A program made the translations under genes and the position numbers. The notes below the pieces were generated by a model. That model saw only the letters and a list, made by a program, of their open reading frames with translations, was not told the DNA's origin and did not search any database. Of a stretch of 45,155 nt of DNA, positions 40,405 to 45,155 are shown in pieces. How positions within the stretch are numbered: position 1 is the first letter of the stretch; every line of letters starts with the position of its first letter. This stretch comes from Alphaproteobacteria bacterium (GTDB lineage Bacteria > Pseudomonadota > Alphaproteobacteria > CBDDJK01), in NCBI GenBank assembly GCA_045106055.1, contig JBGCED010000067.1, positions 1 to 45,155 on the forward strand, in the 5' to 3' direction.

Positions 40405-41349
40405 TTACTGAATCAACCTTAGAATGGCACGCTGCTGATCGCCCGAAACTTTAAGTGCTTCAAGCCCAATTTCTTGCCTTGTCTGCAATGCGACCAGATT
40501 TGCACCCTCTTCATTCAAATCGGCAAGGGTTAATTTATCCGAACCCACCGACAGATCTTCAACATAATCTTCGGTAAAATCAAGCCTTGTTTGCAAAATT
40601 GCAACCGCTGCCCCAAGTTCGGTTGCTGCCGCACGCAGATTATTAATCGCCTTATCCAACACGATAACCGCGCGGTTTGCAATGGCAACCGCCGTATTCA
40701 GTACCCCAATATTGGAAAAACTTAATACTGTTCCAGCGCTCATTTCCATATAGCTTGCCCCAGATGACCAGCCAATTACAATGGATAAGGAACGAAAATT
40801 AAGCGCAGGATCATAAGCAGCCGTTGTAAAGATTGAACGCTCTGCGCCTGCAACGGTGGAATTAAAATCAAATGCGTTAAAGATTAAGCGCGATGTTGTG
40901 CGCTCGGAAAAGGAAATATCCAGCTTATTCGCGGTTCGGTTCATCAGGTTCAAGCCCTGATAGGACGCATCCTCAATAAGCTCTGATATTTGATGCCCAA
41001 TTTCAATAAATTGTTCGGTTGCGGTTGCCCGCGCCTCGGTAGATTGGGATTTTGTGGCTTCCGCCATCCCTTTCATCTGTTTTAAAAGCTGATCAATTGC
41101 GTCAATACCATCAAGCGCGGTACGCATTGCCGAAATGCCTTGGTCAATGTTGCTTTTCTTAACATCAAAATCATCGGCACGATCTGAAAGCCCTTTTGCT
41201 TGGAAATAAGCAACGGCATCATCAATCACCGAATTCACGCGCCGTCCTGTGGTCAAGCGCTCTTGCGTGCGCTCGCTTAGATCAGCAACATCTTTTAAGG
41301 TGATAATAGAGTTTCTTTGGGCTTTGGTAAGGGCAATTTCTGTCGCCAT
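40405..41349 (-). CDS. fliC: Flagellin (Rhodospirillales/Bradyrhizobium-type)
   Basis: N-terminal 'TQERLTTGRRVNSVIDDAVAYFQAKGLSDRA', 'DASYQGLNLM'; C-terminal 'ILQTRLDFT...GSDKLTLADLNEEGANLVALQTRQEIG...QQRAILRL'; strong SD AAGGAGG at 41358-41364. Confidence 0.92.
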   Translation of the reverse strand: MATEIALTKAQRNSIITLKDVADLSERTQERLTTGRRVNSVIDDAVAYFQAKGLSDRADDFDVKKSNIDQGISAMRTALDGIDAIDQLLKQMKGMAEATKSQSTEARATATEQFIEIGHQISELIEDASYQGLNLMNRTANKLDISFSERTTSRLIFNAFDFNSTVAGAERSIFTTAAYDPALNFRSLSIVIGWSSGASYMEMSAGTVLSFSNIGVLNTAVAIANRAVIVLDKAINNLRAAATELGAAVAILQTRLDFTEDYVEDLSVGSDKLTLADLNEEGANLVALQTRQEIGLEALKVSGDQQRAILRLIQ

Positions 41350-41412
41350 GATATCCGCCTCCTTCTAGAGCAAATGCGGGTTAATCCACTATGGTTTTCT
41401 AAAGTGTTTTCA

Positions 41413-41429
41413 CTTAAATCTGATTTAAG
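41413..41429. promoter_or_regulatory. Palindrome in the flagellin leader that also fits the CtrA-type TTAA-N7-TTAA box
   Basis: CTTAAATC-T-GATTTAAG; TTAA at 41414-17 and 41425-28, separated by 7 nt. Confidence 0.45.
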
Positions 41430-41531
41430 CGAAATGATCTAACAAGACCCATTGATCAAAAATGTTTTTCTTAAACTTCCTGAACATAGGGTTGGTTTTA
41501 CTTGAACTTTACTTTTACTTCAGCGTTACAA

Positions 41532-41547
41532 AGCAAGAATTGTGCCA
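41532..41547 (-). promoter_or_regulatory. Sigma54 (-24/-12) promoter for flagellin, proximal
   Basis: Minus strand TGGCAC-AATTC-TTGCT, matching the consensus TGGCAC-N5-TTGCW. Confidence 0.85.
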
Positions 41548-41589
41548 ACATTCTTTGAAGACCACAACATCATGCGTTTCCATGGATTA

Positions 41590-41605
41590 AGCAATATTCA
41601 TGCCA
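41590..41605 (-). promoter_or_regulatory. Second sigma54 (-24/-12) promoter, distal
   Basis: Minus strand TGGCAT-GAATA-TTGCT; same orientation, 58 bp upstream of the first. Confidence 0.75.
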
Positions 41606-41834
41606 ACTTCTTAATTTTGTGCTTTTATAAGAAAAAATGTGGCTTGCGCAAAAAAAACGAATATATAAGGTGCAAATAACCGCTAAAGACATGACACCCA
41701 GAATATTTTAATTTTAATATGACGCGCGCTGCGCTAAAACTTTAATAAATTTAATGTTTTTTAATATGTAACAAATTCAAAGTGATAATGATCACTTCAT
41801 AAATCACGCGCATAAGATATAAATAATAAGTATA

Positions 41835-41924
41835 GAACTATAAAAACACAGGAATTATAAAAATACAGGAACTATAAAAACACAGAGCGTACATGTAAAA
41901 ACAGAGCGTGCAAATGAAACACAG
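41835..41924 (+). repeat. Tandem array: 3 x 17 bp plus two diverged 19-20 bp units
   Basis: GAA(C/T)TATAAAAA(C/T)ACAG at 41835, 41852 and 41869, then AGCGTACATGTAAAAACAG and AGCGTGCAAATGAAACACAG. Confidence 0.9.
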
Positions 41925-42059
41925 GGTGTGTAAATAAGGCATAAAAATAAATCATTATAAATATGATGTTAAATATGATATATAGTGAATGTGGATTTAG
42001 CTTAAAGCGCATAAATTTATTAACAGAAATTTGATAAATCAAGAATTTGGGGGCATAAA

Positions 42060-45000
42060 ATGTCAAACTCAACCAACATACAATCAACTAGCGCAACCAG
42101 TGCGCAAGCAACCAATGCGCAAGCCGTCGGCACGCAACCTTCCGAATTAATTTTAGAAAATGGGGATGTTGTTCTGCCCAGCGCGGAATGGATTGGCAAT
42201 TCTGATTTTACACGCGATGGCAATGATTTGGTGCTTACCCTTCCTGATGGGCGCGAATTTAATGTTGATAATTATTTTGCCATGGATCCCAGCCCCGATC
42301 TAATCTTGGAAGATGGTGCGGGTAAATTATCAGCTGGCATTGTGCAATCATTTTTACGCCAACCTGCTGAATATTCACAGCTTAGCGTCGCATCGCTTGA
42401 TAAGCCCGTTGGGCATGTTGATGCGCTGGAAGGCACAGCAACCGTTATTCGCATTACGGGCGAGGAAGTTCCGCTAAATGCAGGTGACACTTTGCTAGAA
42501 GGTGATGTGATTGAAACGGGTGCAGATTCCCAAATTAAAATTATTTTTGCGGATGATACTTTATTCTCTTTAAGCGAAAATGCGCGCATGGCGCTTGATT
42601 CGTTGGTTTATGATGCCGAAACAGAAACAGGGCAAACCGCGCTTTCTGTTTTAAAGGGCGGATTTTTGTTTGTCTCTGGAAAAATTGCCAAAACCGATCC
42701 CGATGATATGCAGGTGACAACTCCTGTTGCAACCATTGGAATTCGCGGCACGATTGTAACAGGGAATGTATCGCCTGAAGGCGGATTTGATTTTGCCGTT
42801 GTTGATGGTGCAATCGCGGTTATCTTGGTTGATGGCTCAGGCGAACCGATTGTGCTATCCGATGCTTTTGCAAGCCTTACCGCATCATTTGATGAATCTG
42901 GCGCGCTTACCACCGATACAACCGTTTTAAGCCCGCGCGAAGTTGTTGGTCGCAATGCCCAGCAATTCTCCATGCTGAACACCCAAGAACTACAAGCCGT
43001 TGAACAAGCGGTTAAAACCAGCGCTGCTGAAAATGGGGTGGAACTTAACCTTGATTTAGGGGGCTTGGTTGAAGAGGTTGCGGCGCAGACAAGCAATGAT
43101 GAACAGAGCGAGGCGGGCGAAGCGGAAACAACCATTCAATCCCAGCCAGCATCTCAAAATAACACACAAGATACGCAAGACCTAGACTCCGCATCCGATT
43201 CAGAAGCCGTCTCTGATCCAGAAGCCGCCTCCGATCCAGAACCTGAAGCTGAACCCGTGAAAGATGTTCGCGTAGAATCAGAACCCGAACCAGAATCAGA
43301 ACCAGAACCAGAATCAGAACCCGATCCAGAACCAGAACCAGAACCCAATCCAGAATCAGAACCAGAACCCGATCCAGTTCCTCCCGCGCAAACCATCTTT
43401 AACCTTAGCGAGGAAACACCAACCGCAACCAATGGCACGATCACCAGCCTTGTAAATGAAAATGATGAGACGAAGACCGCAACAGGGCTTGGCATATATA
43501 ATTATGAGAGCAGGACAGAAAATCTAACCATCAATGATACGGCTGCATCTGAAATCATCACCACGGGCAGTGGCAATGATATTGTTAATAGCAGCGCAGG
43601 CACTGCGGATAAAATTGACACAGGTGCAGGCAATGACACTGTTACTGTCAGTTCCGGCAAAAAAGCAGGCGATGATACTGTAATTGGCAGCATCATCGGC
43701 ACAGGCGCGGGCAATGATATTGTCAATTTAACCTCCACTGCGGTTGTTGAACAAATTTTAACGGGCGAAGGCAATGATGCCGTCACGGTTGATGCTGGTG
43801 CCGTGATTTCTGGCCCTCTGGCTGATGGCGGATCAAGCATTAATATGGGTGCTGGCGATGATCATCTTACCTTTAAGCTTAACGGAGCAATTCCATTTGA
43901 AAGCAATCAAGATGGTGTCATTAACGGCGGTACAGGCGATGATCGCGTAAGTTTTGAATTTGAATCTAGCACAGATGTAAAATTTGACCCGCAAGGCAGT
44001 GCTGAGGATGCAATAAGGCTTTCCATGTTTACGGATTTTGAACAATATGAATTTACATCAGATAGTAATTTTATCGCAATCAAAACGGGCAGCAACAGCA
44101 CTTTTGATGCCCTTACCTTAACTGGGAATGACAGCAGATTGGTGGCGGATGTATCCACAAGCACAAGCATGGATTCTTTGCAAATTGGCGATGGCGCTAA
44201 AAATGCTGACCTTACCCTTAACTATGTGGACAATAAGCAACTGACAATCACAAACAGCTTTACCATGACGGATAATTCCAGCCTAACCTTGGATTTTACG
44301 GGCGCAACGGGTACAGCTGATATTACAAATGCCTTAACCGTACCAAGCACTTCAGGTGACGGGAATAAGGTTGCCGCATTTGATGGCAGCTTAACCCTTA
44401 AATTTAAAAGTGACTTTGAATTAGGCGATGATACCCAACCCATTATTAAATCAGGAAGCACAGATGAAACGGGGCAAACAACCAATTTTGATGAAATTAT
44501 CTTTGATTTTGATGGTAGCAACCAAAAAAGCACAGAAGCTTTGGTGCCTTTATATGATTCGGCTACAGGGCTTAGCGTCATGAATGTTGAGATTAGTAAT
44601 GGTAGCGGCACATTTGTCAATAACGATGTAACATATGATGCGCATTTTGGAACAACTAATAACAATGATACCTATATCTCCGAAGACAATCAAATTGGTT
44701 ATTTTGATGGCGGTGCAGGGGGAAATGACACATTCACCCTAAAGGCAGGGCAGACTTTCTCTGAAGATATTAATAATACAGCAGGCGTTATTAATGATTA
44801 TCAAATTAACCGGATTGAAACCTTGGATGCTTCAAATATGGGCGATCTTAGCGCTATGTTTAGCAGCCTGACCGCCAATATGGTGGATGCAATGGTTGAG
44901 GATACAAATTCTGTTGTAAAAAATGATAACACATTGATTGTTAGTCTGACAGTTGGTCAGCTCGAAAGCTTAACAGACGATATCACAAGCGGTTCAACCA

Positions 45001-45101
45001 CATGGAAAAAAGGTAGTTCAGACGGTGATTATACGGTATATACAGCAGATCAAGCCGATGGCGATACCGTCAGTTTGTATCTGAAAACAATACAGCCCTA
45101 G
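42060..45101 (+). CDS. Large acidic FecR-domain protein with Pro/Glu linker and RTX-like GxGND repeats; putative type I-secreted surface protein
   Basis: 'RDGNDLVL' N-domain; FecR-like 'GDVIETGADS..IIFADDTLFSLSENARMALD...GKIAK..DMQVTTPVATIGIRGT'; EPEPES linker; TGSGNDIV/TGAGNDTV/TGEGNDAV/MGAGDDHL/GGTGDDRV repeats; no N-terminal signal peptide. Confidence 0.82.
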   Translation: MSNSTNIQSTSATSAQATNAQAVGTQPSELILENGDVVLPSAEWIGNSDFTRDGNDLVLTLPDGREFNVDNYFAMDPSPDLILEDGAGKLSAGIVQSFLRQPAEYSQLSVASLDKPVGHVDALEGTATVIRITGEEVPLNAGDTLLEGDVIETGADSQIKIIFADDTLFSLSENARMALDSLVYDAETETGQTALSVLKGGFLFVSGKIAKTDPDDMQVTTPVATIGIRGTIVTGNVSPEGGFDFAVVDGAIAVILVDGSGEPIVLSDAFASLTASFDESGALTTDTTVLSPREVVGRNAQQFSMLNTQELQAVEQAVKTSAAENGVELNLDLGGLVEEVAAQTSNDEQSEAGEAETTIQSQPASQNNTQDTQDLDSASDSEAVSDPEAASDPEPEAEPVKDVRVESEPEPESEPEPESEPDPEPEPEPNPESEPEPDPVPPAQTIFNLSEETPTATNGTITSLVNENDETKTATGLGIYNYESRTENLTINDTAASEIITTGSGNDIVNSSAGTADKIDTGAGNDTVTVSSGKKAGDDTVIGSIIGTGAGNDIVNLTSTAVVEQILTGEGNDAVTVDAGAVISGPLADGGSSINMGAGDDHLTFKLNGAIPFESNQDGVINGGTGDDRVSFEFESSTDVKFDPQGSAEDAIRLSMFTDFEQYEFTSDSNFIAIKTGSNSTFDALTLTGNDSRLVADVSTSTSMDSLQIGDGAKNADLTLNYVDNKQLTITNSFTMTDNSSLTLDFTGATGTADITNALTVPSTSGDGNKVAAFDGSLTLKFKSDFELGDDTQPIIKSGSTDETGQTTNFDEIIFDFDGSNQKSTEALVPLYDSATGLSVMNVEISNGSGTFVNNDVTYDAHFGTTNNNDTYISEDNQIGYFDGGAGGNDTFTLKAGQTFSEDINNTAGVINDYQINRIETLDASNMGDLSAMFSSLTANMVDAMVEDTNSVVKNDNTLIVSLTVGQLESLTDDITSGSTTWKKGSSDGDYTVYTADQADGDTVSLYLKTIQP
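43274..43377 (+). repeat. Hexanucleotide-based coding repeat (Glu-Pro/Glu-Ser linker)
   Basis: Runs of GAACCA/GAATCA/GAACCC/GATCCA encoding ESEPEPESEPEPESEPDPEPEPEPNPESEPEPDP. Confidence 0.9.
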
Positions 45102-45137
45102 AAACAAAATTCATATCACAATAATTTTAAAAATAAG

Positions 45138-45155
45138 GCGGTTTTATCAAACCGC
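45138..45155 (+). terminator. Probable intrinsic terminator hairpin (U-tail would lie beyond the window)
   Basis: GCGGTTT-TATC-AAACCGC, about 36 nt after the stop of the large gene. Confidence 0.55.

Noticed and set aside
41835-41924. CRISPR array or plasmid iterons
   Set aside because: Units are contiguous with no unique spacers, and no cas or rep gene is nearby.
41350-42059. Replication origin in the 710-bp AT-rich spacer
   Set aside because: No good DnaA boxes (best have two or more mismatches) and no origin-associated genes; promoters explain the region.
41872-42223. Small minus-strand ORFs in and near the divergent spacer
   Set aside because: Low-complexity translations of AT-rich repeats that overlap the large gene's start; no SD.
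42272-44665. Long minus-strand ORFs (including the GS-repeat ORF 43154-43495) opposite the FecR/RTX gene
   Set aside because: Antisense shadows produced by biased codon use and the EP repeat.
1-45155. Prophage, IS, integron, toxin-antitoxin or anti-phage defence genes
   Set aside because: No integrase, transposase, nuclease, NTPase-effector or phage structural motifs were recognised in any ORF.

Overview
A 45 kb chromosomal segment from an alphaproteobacterium (Rhodospirillales-like gene content and flagellin type, mid-40s % GC by eye). About 36 kb is housekeeping: 3' end of prfB, leuS-lptE, rluB, thrS-infC, ilvN, pepA-holC, a dimethylglycine-dehydrogenase-like gene, secG-pyrG-kdsA-lepB-rnc, recA-rpiB-glyA-nrdR-ribD-ccmH-ccmI, plus transporters. 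Many normally conserved operons are truncated and tightly fused to unrelated neighbours. The last 9 kb is the most interesting part. It holds a compact four-gene operon: flagellin, a degenerate TPR/GT41 (OGT/SPINDLY/FlmG-like) protein, a Maf/DUF115 flagellin glycosyltransferase and a small helical protein, with the last three overlapping. This operon is preceded by two tandem sigma54 promoters and sits back-to-back with a 1013-aa FecR-domain/RTX-like putative type I-secreted protein, with a 17-bp repeat array between them. Other signals: a composite palindromic REP/MITE-like element between prfB and an MFS gene, with dispersed copies elsewhere in the window; a pervasive signature of short tandem micro-duplications, including an acidic/His-rich insertion in ThrRS and a duplicated recA-stop/rpiB-start junction; and an ATA start codon for infC. 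No rRNA, tRNA, CRISPR array, transposase or prophage gene was recognised. All assignments come from reading motifs by eye; no database searches were run.
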